DNA of 51,382 bases, counting the filler, from Catajapyx aquilonaris (Eukaryota), in the NCBI GenBank assembly GCA_000934665.2. It is 2 parts of 2 records of this genome, joined end to end, with 100 filler letters (N's around TTAATTAATTAA, not from the genome) between each part and the next. Parts side by side here need not be neighbours in the genome. Positions count along the whole stretch, not along the records: positions 1 to 25,633 come from JYFJ02005328.1; 1 more part is not named here. One strand, given 5' to 3'. Position numbers and translations under genes: made by a program. A model generated the notes under the pieces. The model was not told where the DNA came from and did no database searches. It worked only from the letters and a program-made list of their open reading frames with translations. Positions 13,916 to 25,733 of the stretch are shown here, one piece after another (positions within the stretch are counted from its first letter, which is position 1; every line of letters starts with the position of its first letter).

Positions 13916-14271
13916 GGGGGCATGGTGGTCTAATGGCTATTCTACTGACCAGCCAAGCGGGAGGTCCTGGGTTCAAATCCCGTCCGCGTCAGGCAGTCAC
14001 CGGCAGTCACCTTCGCTTGGGAGGGTCTTTTTCTGCTTTTCACCCAACATGTGCAGGCAGAATTGCACTCCCTTGCCATTTTAAGGACATTGTTGATAGT
14101 TGCTGACTGAGAAGTTGTCTGGTAGTAGGTGCGTCGCACCTCCAAAAAGTGGGGCCTGGAGAGGTTGCCACACCCATGACTCCTGTGCACTCTGCTCCGG
14201 GAGGGTTCTGTCGATAGTGTGTGCCTATTTGCCGACCTGCATGGGCCCTGTATTTTTGGCAAAAAAATAAA
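13916..14271 (+). mobile_element. tRNA-derived SINE, family C (nested)
   Basis: A box TGGTCTAATGG, B box GGTTCAAATCC, A-rich tail. Confidence 0.75.
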
Positions 14272-14294
14272 TTGTAAATCATTTTGGTACTGCC

Positions 14295-14790
14295 CTCATA
14301 GAACGGCTCTGTCTGTCTGTCTGTGGATAGGTATCAGACAGACAGACAGAGCCGTGCTATAAGACTTTTTTTCGATTTTCGGGTTCCGGGTTCACTCTAT
14401 CCGCCCCTTCCCCCTGGCTGCCCCCTCCCCCATTGCCCCTTTCCCCCACTGCCCCCTACCCCTGACCGCCCATTCTCCCCAGACTGTCCCTTTCCCCCTA
14501 ACCTCCCAGTCCCTCCGCTGCCTCCTCCCCCAGATCACCCTTTCCCCCCTACCCCATGATATCTGATACCTGTCCACAGACGGACGGACGGATGGACAGA
14601 GCCGTGATGTAAGACTTTTTCCGATGGATGAAAGAAGATCTAAGAGATGGGTTTCCTAGGATAGATTTTTTAAAGGGGAAAGGGGCAGTCTGGGGGTACG
14701 TGGAGGAGGGGGAAAAGGGTAAGTCCACTTTTGGCTGAAAATGAGTTATGGCTTATGGGTGGTTTCAGTCCCAGTACCGTGATGGCCATT
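14295..14790. mobile_element. DINE-1/Helentron-associated-like element (nested)
   Basis: GTCT/GTCC microsatellites next to a subTIR-like CATAGAACGGC and inverted copies GCCGTGCTATAAGAC (14351) and GCCGTGATGTAAGAC (14601); C-rich core. Confidence 0.5.
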
Positions 14791-15052
14791 GGAGACAATA
14801 GCAGTAAACATGAAAAAGTCGACTCTAATCACGCTCATGTGATTTGCCAATCTTGTTTGATAACTGCTATTGGGTGATATCAGATCAAAAAGTGACCCAC
14901 GAATCTGGAACACCCTGCATTTTGGAAGGTCTTGGCCAACATGACCTCAGGGACTGCCTGAATTCCTTGGATTATGTTTTCTTTCAAGGCTTTGATGGAT
15001 TGTGGTTCGTTTCGGTACACTCATCTGACTTTCAGAAAGCCCCATAAGAAGT

Positions 15053-15299
15053 AGCACCCAGAAGCAAAAGTGATTAAGTCCGTTTTTCTCCAAATTGCGT
15101 TTCTGGCTTTTTTGTGGTCCTATTGTATGGTACTATTTTACGGAAAAATATTTCGCGCGGCAAAGAAACGATGTAAGTGTTCTCCACATCATATCATCCA
15201 TGACATAGTCAAACTTCCGAAGCAGAAGTTGCTAAGTACTACTTAAGGCCTGTCCTGAAAAGTTTGTCAAAATCTTAATCACTTTTGCTTCTGGATGCT
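15053..15299. mobile_element. MITE nested near the centre of the 13426-15612 foldback
   Basis: TIR AGCACCCAGAAGCAAAAGTGATTAAG / CTTAATCACTTTTGCTTCTGGATGCT. Confidence 0.8.
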
Positions 15300-15633
15300 T
15301 CAATTATGTGGCCTAAGATTTGGCTGTGGAGTGGCCAAAGTCCCTTTGAAATGAATCAGTCACTGGAAAAGGACTTAATTTTGGCCATTCTGCATGTGAT
15401 GTGTGGAATGTGTACCGAAACAAACCACGATCCATCGACTCCTTGAAAGAAAACATCATCTAAGAAATTCAGACAGTGCTGGCCAGGACCTTCCAAAATA
15501 TGGAGAGTCGTGTACAGGCCTGCCTGGACACAAATAGTGGCCATTTCCAGCATATGTTGTGATGCCATTTCCTTTCTCACATAATGAGGTTAGCTCAATT
15601 CAAATTTCATTGTGGGTGCAGGCCATACATTAA

Positions 15634-15920
15634 CCCTGGAACAGTGCCGTGGGGTCTTTTTGGACCCCAAGGAATAAAATGCATTAAAATGATAATTACA
15701 ATGAACTTTTGCCATTTTTTTTTACAGTGTATAACAGGAAGTGCAGGTTTCTTTTGAATTACCAATCATTTTAGGCATTGTTCAAAGAATGATTGTATAA
15801 TATAGTCAATACATTGATAAGTATTATAGAATAATAAATAAAAATTAAAATATGGTGGGGTCTGAAAAGACCCCACGGCACGGTTGCCGTAATACTCTCA
15901 GGCACGGCACAGTTCCAGGG
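15634..15920. mobile_element. piggyBac-like MITE
   Basis: TTAA-CCCTGGAAC..GTTCCAGGG-TTAA with asymmetric internal inverted repeats. Confidence 0.88.
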
Positions 15921-16153
15921 TTAAGTTCGAAACATTTTCAGAAAGGTCATGTTTATAATCATTGTGAAACATGAAAAACTTTGTCACGAATGTGTGACTA
16001 TGTTGCATTTATGAAAGCATATTTTGTAATATTTACAAATAAACTATTGTGAATTTGTACATGATTCTCTTTAATTGGACCTACCTAGAGGAAAGCTGGG
16101 AATGGGCCACGGTGCAGGGCAGACGCGCGATGGTGGATGGTGGTAAGTGTAAT

Positions 16154-16481
16154 TTTTTTTATTATTATTTATTTATTTTACCCTGTGATACAAAGTCATT
16201 ATAGGGGGGTGGCACACCACCATCAGTTTTCAAACTTGTTTTTTCTTCAATCACCGTGCAAAGACTTCCAAGATGTAGGGTATAGGGATAGGGATTGTTG
16301 GGGAGGGGACACTTGTGCAGGTGCAATGTCTTAAACGTTTGGGCCCAGGAGGTTAGGTTGCCAGACACCTCCAAGGTACAGGTCAGAGACCCTCCCAACG
16401 CAGGTGGAAGGGAACTCCCAGGCGGGGATCGAACCTGGGACCTTTCACTCAGCAAGCCCAGACGTGCCACCACACCTTCCC
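16154..16481 (-). mobile_element. tRNA-derived SINE, family A
   Basis: Homologous to 10542-10896; 12-bp TSD GGTAAGTGTAAT. Confidence 0.9.
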
Positions 16482-17034
16482 GGTAAGTGTAATATTGGTT
16501 TGCTTGTGTGGGAAGGTGTCAAAGCAACTAAGGCCATCTGGCTATTAGAAGATGCTATACTATAGATAAGACCTGTGGGGAACTTTTATTCGAAGAGGAA
16601 TTGTTCACTGACTACAGAGTATCCTGGCCACACTACTCCTGGGCTAGGTATCTACGTAAAGTTGGTTGCCCGACTTTCCCAGTTACAATTCGGCAGGTGG
16701 GAGATTGAATACTCGATATCTCGCACTTGCTAAGTGTAGCCCACTGTCTTGTGTAGCCTAATTTACATCAACCAACTTTATGGAAAGAACAAACAAGGGC
16801 AATGCTCCTCTCAGGACATTAGCACTGGACAATCCTAAGTGAATAACCCCTCTGTCACAACAGTCCTTGATATGGACGTATCTTACGTTCCCTCATTCAT
16901 AATTGAAAGCCATTCCCTGCCGGCATTTACGATATGCACAAGCGGTCTTCAACCTTTTGCTGTCTTGGAACTCTTTCTCCTGTACATTACATCCGCGGAA
17001 CCCCGAAAATAAAATATTGCGTCACATTTCACCT

Positions 17035-17643
17035 TGATTTGAGTATTGTTTTTCATTTGGCTGTGCTTGTTGCTAATATTTTTTGGTTTGAGAATAACGG
17101 TTCCGACAAAAATAGACGTCTTTTTTCCCCAGAGTAATCATTACCCGTATTTACTCGAATCTAAGTCTAGTCAAATTTGGGGGATTTTTTTTTTTGTACC
17201 TGCTTCTAAGACCCACTCAAATTTTTTTCTCATTGTTAAATGACCTTAAGTATTATATTACTGAAGAGAGAAAAAACAGTAGCAAATAGCTACACTTTTT
17301 CTTGAAAATCCTGCCCTGAGTCATCAGTGGAAGTGGTGTCTACCACTATAGTGTACGTTGATCTCCGGTAAAATTGCGTTTAATCGTTTATCACATCGGA
17401 CCTGCCTATTTTAGCCTCGAGGAGACATTATAAGAGTGACAGAACGAGCTGAAGTTATGACGAATAATAATATTTAGGGTGTAAAAATTCGTCAAAACAC
17501 TATTCCAGTTATTCTTCTATAGATTGCGAAAATTTGAGTGTTGTTGTTCGATTATTCGATTATATTGTTGTCGGAACTGTTATTGTAAAACCAATAAAAT
17601 ATTAGCAACAAGCACAGCCAAATGAAAAACAATACTCAAATCA
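17035..17643. mobile_element. MITE with ~75-bp TIRs
   Basis: TGATTTGAGTATTGTTTTTCATTTGGCTGTGCTTGTTGCTAATATTTT and exact inverse. Confidence 0.8.
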
Positions 17644-19229
17644 TAATTCTCCAAAAAATTGCTACGGACTCGATAATTGAGGTCGTAACAATTTTTGGAA
17701 GAATTACTCAGCGTTAACTATATTATAGTGAGAGGGTGTAATGCAAGTTAGGGCCGATAAACCGTGTAATGTTTTGTTGTAATAATTTATTGTACGGGCA
17801 AAGTGTGTGGGCGCATGATCATACTCCGAGAGATACTTGACTGTATTCAAATATACCGTTTTAAGTGTTTAACACCGAAGATATTACTGATAATATTTAA
17901 TAACGACCTTCCCTAAAGGCGCTTTTTCTTCATATCACCATTAAACAATAAATTATTTCACATTACTAGCTGCGCTTAATCGCAGTTATGTCAGCATAGT
18001 CAAAGCGATAAAAAAGACAATACCAACGTATCTAAGGCATGGTACGCATTTTTTTGGCGACATTTTCAGATAAAGTAGGTAGAGGACAAAATGTAGAAAC
18101 AAGGGTTGTGTTACTAAGAATTCCAGCTTCGAAGCTTATTGCAGTAGGCAGACAAAGCCTTAAATCTAATAACGAAACTCCGGTCTTGCTGTATAGATCG
18201 GTAACTGATGCAAAAAAATGTATTACCAGTATTGGGTGTTACACTTATTCGATTATACACATAACAGATATTTGGACCGGCTCAGTACCGTAGTCCCGGA
18301 CTATTTTAATGGGTACCTCAGACCTTGGAGAACATCTTCTCAAGGCTGTCCGTACACAGGTACCAACCAGACTGGTAAAACTCGTGTAAATTGCAAATTA
18401 CGTGTCTAATGTCACAGCGATGAAATACCCACTTTAACGTAAATGTAGGGGGGGGGGGGAGGAAATGATTGTGTAATAATATAGTAAAGACGGCACGATG
18501 ACGTAAGTTTCAACAATGTAACGAACAGGCTCGTGACATACCTCGTGGACGTGCATACGACAAAAATTACGCATTACGAACTGGCATGCGAGCCGGGCAG
18601 GCAATTGGCTATAATTAGAATTCTATGCGTCATATTTTTGTCCAGCAGATAACAAGTGTTTTCATCAAATTTCATTGGTGAAGCTCAAGGTTTTGTTCTG
18701 CATTTTTTCTCCCCCCAAGTCACTGCCCTTTGTACGGCTTGAATTACATTGTAGACTACTAATTTCCAGGCAAATAGTGTTGTTATGTCCATCATGTCGA
18801 ACCTGCCTATTTTTGCATTAAGGGGAGGTAGGTACCTGAAGTCCATTCATTATCATCACCTACTCCAGACCAATCCCATTGACATGCTGCTCTCAAGACG
18901 GAAACAGACAGGTCCGATGTGATAATAGTTTTTCAGCCACCTTTATGTACGCTGTGTCACTCTGGCAGTAAGGTCCAGTTTCATGCCAATCCACCTAGAA
19001 ACTCGACCTTACCGCCATGTGCAGTACACCGACATTGTCATCGAGCCTCCAGAAACCATTGTTGCCTTTCCGTCGTGTCTACAGCCCCCTCATCAACAGC
19101 TCAGTACAATCCGAACCGAACCCTCCAGAAAAACCCTTGCGAAAAATAGGGCTAGTCAAATCGCATATTTCTGTTTTAAAACACGAGGGCAACGGAGAGA
19201 TAAGGCGAGCCCCAGTTGGATCTTGGCTA

Positions 19230-19476
19230 AGCAGACAGGCCGGATAAAAGGGCGCTGTGCATGCTGGGACACTCATCGTCTGGACGTGCTTGTGTGCAGG
19301 CGGTGTGCTTGGTTGACTTCAGTCGACAGCCACCGTCGACCCAAGTTAGAGGGAACCCGACACCTAGCTGCAACTTTTGTCTTAGCTACCGACTACTACG
19401 CTCGTGTTTTTAACAACCTGATGAACGGTTCTGCGGTTTGGAGCAAGCTGTGACCAGCCAACGACACGGAACAAGG
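19230..19476 (+). promoter_or_regulatory. CPEB core promoter / 5' UTR
   Basis: CpG-rich; ATAAAAG at ~19244, Inr-like TCAGT at ~19319, short uORF 19421-19453. Confidence 0.45.
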
Positions 19477-22400
19477 ATGCCACTTTATACACAGGTACGT
19501 GCACTGTACGGAGGTGGTACGGATCGGTGTGGGATCAGCTGTGTGTCATCGGGTGGGTAATTTGACTGGCCATTTTGAACGAGGGTGGATGTGCTGTGGG
19601 GTAGTGTTCGAATTAGTTTCTGGAACTGAACAGTGCATGGCGTCTGTATTGAAAATGTTGCTGGAACACATTTCCGGTTGCTTGTGTGACATGTAAGTGT
19701 AGGAGGAATTTGTACAGGGTGTTCCAGGTTCGTGGGTCGTTAGTTATCGCTAATATCGCTCGAGTAATTATTTTTGGGTAGCTAGGTGCCTCATTACGTA
19801 AGTAGTTTTTGAAGCAATATTGGGTCTATTCCTGACCTATAACGCTTTGGAGGCATGTATTTTTTGGGTGTAATGTGGAAAGGACAAAAATCGTGCATAT
19901 GTAATTAGTTTCACTAATGAAAATCTACTGTTGGTCACATACTGTGCAAGTGGAAACAGGCTATAGAGTCCAGAGCAAGTGATGTTTGCACATGTGTCTT
20001 TTGCTATCTACCTGAAACACACCTGTGTATTGCAGATTCAGGTTGCATGCTCACCTGATGAGTGTTGACAATTAGGAGTGCTGCTGCATACTTGAAAGTT
20101 GTTTAAAGTGTGATTAGAGTTAGCATGCACAAGATATTGTGGATAGTTGACAAACCATATTTTCTACAAATTAACATTTGAAATAGCATCTTGTCAAGTA
20201 TCAAATTGAAGCATTTTCCTGTGTTAACCATCATGGGGTTTCTTGTGATTGTTGCAGTCAGACCTGAAAGGGCAATTGGTGTTCTAAGCAATCTAGTGTG
20301 AAAAATGTGATAAGAGATTCAGGATTTTAGGCTGTTAATATTGTGGTATTTGTATTTACAGCCCCATTGCAAATTTAATTTTTAGGCAAATTGCAGGTGT
20401 AATATGCAGTTGTGATAATGGTGCTAATTGTAGCTAATTTTGCAATTTCAGTCCTCTTTGAGAGATGAGACAACAATGATGCAATCAGACTCATCTCAGT
20501 CAAGTACCAATATGGACTGCTTCTTACAGCACATAAACGCCATATTAGAAAGTTCTATGGACCTCTCCAGTGCACCAGTAGACTCATCGCCATCGCAAGT
20601 TGTGAGCGAAAAAGGTACTATGCATGTGAATTGAATGTGTCGAAGGACAGTATTATAACTTGATCTTGTTCCAACAGAGAAACATGGGTCTATCATAGAC
20701 CTCCTAGGACTAGATGTGCCTCGTGGAAGTCTCTTCAGCCAAGGGAGCCCTCAAGAGAGCAGCTCTCTTTCACAATCATCTCTGTTTAGCCCAGTGAACA
20801 AGGTACGATATCAATTGCAAGTATCATGTATGTTGGTGGTTACAGTCACTAACTTGTCTTTGGCAGTACGGAGATATTAAGCCACTAGATAGCACCTGTC
20901 CTTTTCGCAACCTTTACCAAGAGTGGTCAGATGCGACATCATCAACTGACTCTCATTCCTTACCTGCATTCCGTGGTCTTCACAGCTCAGTGCGTTACAG
21001 GTTAGTTACTATCTGCAATATAATTGGCGAGAACTATTTTTAAACCTTTCCTTTCAGTTGTGGAAGTAGTGGGGAATATTCTCCACGGAGCTTGGACTTC
21101 CTGACATGCTCGGATGAAAGCCGGAGCTTCTCACCAACTTGCTCAGATACCAGTGTTAACAGCAATGGAGTGAGTTTGAAGCCATACATGCAAGATGAAA
21201 TGTATTGTTCCATCAACTTTGTTTTTTCTTGCAGACCTTCAGTAGCACCAGCCCAACCTCACCACTCTTTAGTGGATATAACATGAGGCCGGAACATGAG
21301 CTGACAGCCTGGCACAACCTTTGCAATCTACAGAGCCTGAGGAACATTCAGCGATACCAGACTAATCAATACCAGTCAGAGATGCCCAACATGCATCCTA
21401 CAATGCCACCAGGTTTTCATGTACCGCTGATGCCACATCTGTCATCCATACCGTGGAGTGGCTGCCCTGGGGGTGCCACATGTTATAGGTCAGCTGGTGT
21501 GGCTAGTACTGCTTCTGCAGGCATAGCGGGAACAGGGAACGCTCTGACAGATGCACAATCATTGGAGTGTGCTGCCAAGTTTTATCGTAATGCTGCCTGT
21601 AAGTTATCTTGAAAAATGTTCCATCCACCTGTACTTTTTCATGTTTATCTCTCATCTTGTCATACAGCACATTATGATGCTACGTGCACCTGGAGTGGTC
21701 AGTTGCCCCAGAAAATGCAAAAGAACCCAGTGTATTCATGCAAAGTAAGTACAGTACTTGGAAGTGAAAGCGCTATGGATATTATATCTGATTTTTTGTC
21801 CAGGTGTTTCTTGGTGGAGTACCATGGGACATAACTGATGCTGCCCTTGTGAGTGCTTTCAAGCCTTTTGGAAATGTCAAGGTGGAATGGCCAGGAAAGG
21901 ACAATTCTCCTTGTCAGCCGAAGGGCTATGCATATATCCTATTTGAAACTGACAAGCAAGTGAAAACACTTCTGCAGAACTGTACCCACGATTGTAGTGG
22001 CTGTGGAGATTGGTACTACAAGATATCATCACGGAGGATGCGAGCCAAAGAAGTAAGTGTCAGTCTGTGTGCAGCTGTTTGAAACTGATTTTTTAACCAT
22101 TTTTTTCAGGTGCAGGTGATACCTTGGGTCATTAGTGACAGTAATTACGTTCGTTGTCCCACAATGAAGTTGGATCCTCAACGAACTGTATTTGTTGGCG
22201 CATTACATGGCATGCTCAATGCTGAGGGGCTTGCGCACATCATGACTGACCTGTTTGGTGGTGTTGTGTATGCTGGTGAGTTATATCTTGCAAATTATTG
22301 TGTATCCTTTAACACATTCACATGGTGTTCTAAGCAGGTATCGACACTGACAAGCACAAGTACCCTATTGGCTCTGGGAGAGTCACCTTCAACAATGAAA

Positions 22401-22719
22401 AGTCGTACATGCGAGCAGTGTTGGCTGCTTTTATTGAGATTAAGACTCCCAAGTTTACTAAGAAGGTTTGTTGTTGCTCGAGACATAAAAATTGAATGAA
22501 AATTAATTTTTGCTTTTACAGGTTCAAGTGGATCCATATCTTGAGGACTCAATGTGCTCTGTTTGCACAGTGCAACAAGGACCCTACTTTTGTCGGGATG
22601 CAAGCTGCTTTAGGTATTTTTGTCGAAATTGCTGGCAATGGCAGCATGCCCTGGATTCATACAAGAACCACAAGCCTTTGATGCGCAACTCCAAAATACA
22701 CCATAATCGAAGCATTTAA
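19477..22719 (+). CDS. CPEB1: Cytoplasmic polyadenylation element-binding protein, CPEB1/orb subfamily (2 RRM + ZZ zinc finger)
   Basis: Exons 19477-19494 (MPLYTQ, least certain), 20452-20614, 20678-20802, 20867-21000, 21058-21169, 21235-21598, 21668-21744, 21804-22052, 22110-22275, 22338-22465, 22522-22719; phases consistent. Motifs [73 protein letters not shown]. Confidence 0.96.
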
Positions 22720-23300
22720 GGAGGTGTGGCATAACAATATTGTTTTGAATCGTGGCGGGTTTTCTGTTAATAAGTGCTTTAACGTGAAGAGATTTTCAGA
22801 TAAGGTGGCTTTCTCAAGTTTTCTTTTTTTTCATTTGAATTTTTATAACTGGCTTAGTGTTGGTTCAGTGAGCTACTCCAAAGGAGAAAACCAGAAGGTT
22901 AATTTTTTTTACTGGATGAATTGATGAAGCCAAGTTCAACTTTTACAGAAAAATCTCGTAATGTTTTACAAATTGAGAAGCTGAGATGAAATAAGTTGCA
23001 ATTTTCATTAATCCCTCTAACTTGTTAATGCACAACACTTTCATGTTTTAGCACTGAGTATTTATCACATGGGTTGTGGTGATAGTTTTAAGGGAGTTCA
23101 TTATTTTTTATATTTTCCCTTTGAGTTATGGAACTTGCCATATTTGGATGAATGTTCAGAGATTTAAAGAAATATTTAGAAATGGAAAAATTGGTAACGA
23201 CTGGACTGGAAAAGGCTTAAGAGTAATGAAAATGGCTGAAAACAGAGTTTAAAGATATGTAAGCAACAAAAAAGTGATAATAAAGCGACATTAATATGAC
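22720..23300 (+). promoter_or_regulatory. CPEB 3' UTR with CPE-like elements and poly(A) signal
   Basis: TTTTTAT at 22840 and 23105, TTTTACT at 22907, AATAAA at 23279-23284. Confidence 0.5.
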
Positions 23301-23357
23301 TATGATCATGATTATATTTTTTCTTGAGCCTACAGAAATTTGGAACTGGAACATGTA

Positions 23358-23680
23358 AGGGTCATTCAAATGAAAACGAGCCAAGATCATAGCAAATTGA
23401 GAATGAGTTTCTCGTGGAATCTTCTACATAAAATGAAGGTCGACGAAGGTGGTACTGCTGTAGTGTTATGAGACACTGACAGGTGGTGATTTGATGTGAC
23501 AGTGCAATGTTCCTTTGTTCAGGATCCCACTGTCAAGAAGACTGTCCAGTCAAATACGTAAACAAGGTATGTTGAGCAGCAAGCAGTAATCTTATTTTGA
23601 ACTGCCGAGGCTTTTGGGAGTACAAAAATCCATTACAGCATGAATACCATATGTATGAAAACTGCATGGTCTTCGTCATG
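23358..23680 (+). mobile_element. Mariner 5' remnant
   Basis: TIR-like AGGGTCATTCAAATGAAAACGAG; decayed HTH start (EQQAVIL..TAE..IHY). Confidence 0.6.
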
Positions 23681-24836
23681 TATTAAAGCCTGGGAGTTTT
23701 CTTGATTTGCTTGCCCTTGCCTGGAATCACCAGTCAATGATGGCTGGGCTGGCCCTCTTGGAACTTCTTACCCTCCAGGCTTGAACATGTAACAATGACA
23801 TGCAATCTTTGTATGTGGTGATGGATTTCTGTACTTACAACACCTTCCGTGGTTCAAAAATGGATTACTGCTTGCTACTCGATGTTCCTTGCTTCCATGT
23901 CGACTGGACCATGGTCTTAGAATAGTAAGGTCTGGGCTCTCCCCTCTTATCGCCTTAGGGGCCTGACGGGGTGTTTTGCAGCAGGTGGCCGCTTGATAGC
24001 GCTTTTCAGGGCTTCACAGACATGTGCGACCCTACTGGACTGCTCTTAACTTAGGTAGAAGAGAAGCACTTCTCTTCTACCTATGAGTACAAGTTCAGTA
24101 TGCACTAGACTAGAGAGACTAGACATTACAGTCATCATAGTATGTATGCTTTGTACTTGATTCCTACAGTTGATCTTGTACTATAAATTTAAAACTTATA
24201 ATATAACAATAAGGTACGTGTTTGGCACCTGGTTTGGCCTAAATGCAGTGGAGACACACAAAGTCCTAGGAGGTTGATTCAAGTGAAAATCATCTTGCAT
24301 CTATCTGGAATAAACAAAGGAAACGAATACAGTTACACAGCATTTAGATTCTAGGCCACTCACTAAAACCTCCTTCAAGTTAAAAGTAGACTTATGTGTC
24401 CAGAAATATTCATTTTTATGTTTAATCAAGTAGGAAAGGGTAGAAAAACAGTGCAATTATTCGTGCCTTTGAGGCACGAGTATTTTCATAATAAATTTTC
24501 ATAATCAATCACAAACTATATTATACATTTTCAAGGTAATTATAATGTTTTAATTCATTTTCTTCTGCAACTTGTACCATGTGTTAAAAGTTTAAACAAA
24601 ATAATAGTGACCTTCCACAGTACAACCAACAGCAATATATTTAGCACGGTAAAGTTTTTTTTTCCATATTGTTTGCACAGTAGACTACCATTTCTCTTAG
24701 GGTACATTTGCTAGAAACTTCTTTGATTAGTGGCAGACTTCAAATTTTGTGCATAATGATTAAAACATGTTAGGTGTTACATTAATTTCATCCTTTTTAC
24801 TACGTAAAACCAGTGGGTACTGTACTATATGCTGTG

Positions 24837-25313
24837 CTATGGGGCTCAAAATAATTGTTTTGGCCACTTTATCCTGGTATTGAAGCAACCCTTCACACAA
24901 GCCCCACAGTGAGCAGGTGTGATCATGGGTGTGTGTGGGTGTGTACGGGTCTTCAATTAGCTCTGGGGACGGATATGGGACTTTTTACTGTAACTGTGGG
25001 GACATGTTCAAATAGTGGAGACATTTCTCGTCCCCACAATTGAGTTGACCGGTTTGGTACATACATAGTGGGGACATGTCCCCACAATTGGGTCTGTTTA
25101 AAAACCATTTATCTCAGCCTAGGTTAGTTAGGGTAGGGTAGGTTAGGTATGTTAGGTTAGGTTAGGTCATGTTAGGATAAACTAGGTTTCAAAAGTTGTG
25201 TTAGCCATGTCCCCACAGCCTATGGCGTGCAAACATGTGTGTGTGTGTGTGTGTGTGTGAAGGGTTGCTTCAAGACCAGGATAAAGTGGCCAAAACAATT
25301 TGAGCCCCATAGT
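24837..25313. mobile_element. Foldback MITE with central insertion containing TTAGG and GT repeats
   Basis: Arms CTATGGGGCTCAAA..AACCCTTCACACA and inverse; internal TGGGGACA repeats, degenerate (TTAGG)n 25121-25176, (GT)n 25238-25259. Confidence 0.75.
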
Positions 25314-25633
25314 ACCATGCATGCAGTACAGCAAATATATTCAAAGTGGAATATCCAGTAATGATATTGTACAATGCCATATTGTCACAATTCATTTTAA
25401 CAATGGGAAAAGAGTTCAAAACATTAAGCATAGGCCTACTCACCATTTCTTCTCATCTTGCACCTTTCATTACTGGACTAGTCTTCAAGTGAAGAGGATT
25501 CTGACTCGGTCAGGTCTCCACATGCAGCTCTGGCCAGCATTTGCAAGTCAGCGTACTCTTCCTCCTTATCCAAGGAGAGCTTGAGCTTCTTCAGGACAGT
25601 CTGCTTCTTCCCTGCCTTTGATGGTGTTGGATG

Positions 25634-25733
25634 NNNNNNNNNNNNNNNNNNNNNNNNNNNNNNNNNNNNNNNNNNNNTTAATTAATTAANNNNNNNNNNN
25701 NNNNNNNNNNNNNNNNNNNNNNNNNNNNNNNNN
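25634..25733. other. Assembly gap with artificial spacer
   Basis: N44-TTAATTAATTAA-N44 = 100 nt; the spacer gives stops in all six frames. Confidence 0.95.

Larger units (their letters stand above)
13602..14917. mobile_element. Tc1-like non-autonomous element (nested)
   Basis: TIR CAGGGTGTTCCAGATTCGTGGGTCACTTTT and exact inverse; a related end occurs at ~19715. Confidence 0.85.
13426..15612. mobile_element. Tc1/mariner-derived foldback element with nested insertions
   Basis: TA-CAGGGTG start; left arm (13490-13599 + 14918-15020) is the inverse of 15410-15612, which encodes VYRNKPRSIDSLKENII*EIQTVLARTFQNMESRVQACLDTNSGHFQHML*; right TIR missing. Confidence 0.8.

Noticed and set aside
14323..14559. 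Proline-rich ORF
   Set aside because: Translation of a C-rich low-complexity tract inside a nested repeat.
18983..19453. 156-aa ORF upstream of CPEB
   Set aside because: Spans promoter/UTR and a probable repeat; no recognisable protein.
20050..20105. Hammerhead-like CTGATGA..GAAA in CPEB intron 1 (tempting given the mammalian CPEB3 ribozyme)
   Set aside because: Stem II does not close properly and I could not build stems I/III; the CPEB3 ribozyme is HDV-like and in the other CPEB subfamily.
25678..25689. TTAATTAATTAA island among Ns
   Set aside because: Scaffolding linker, not biological.
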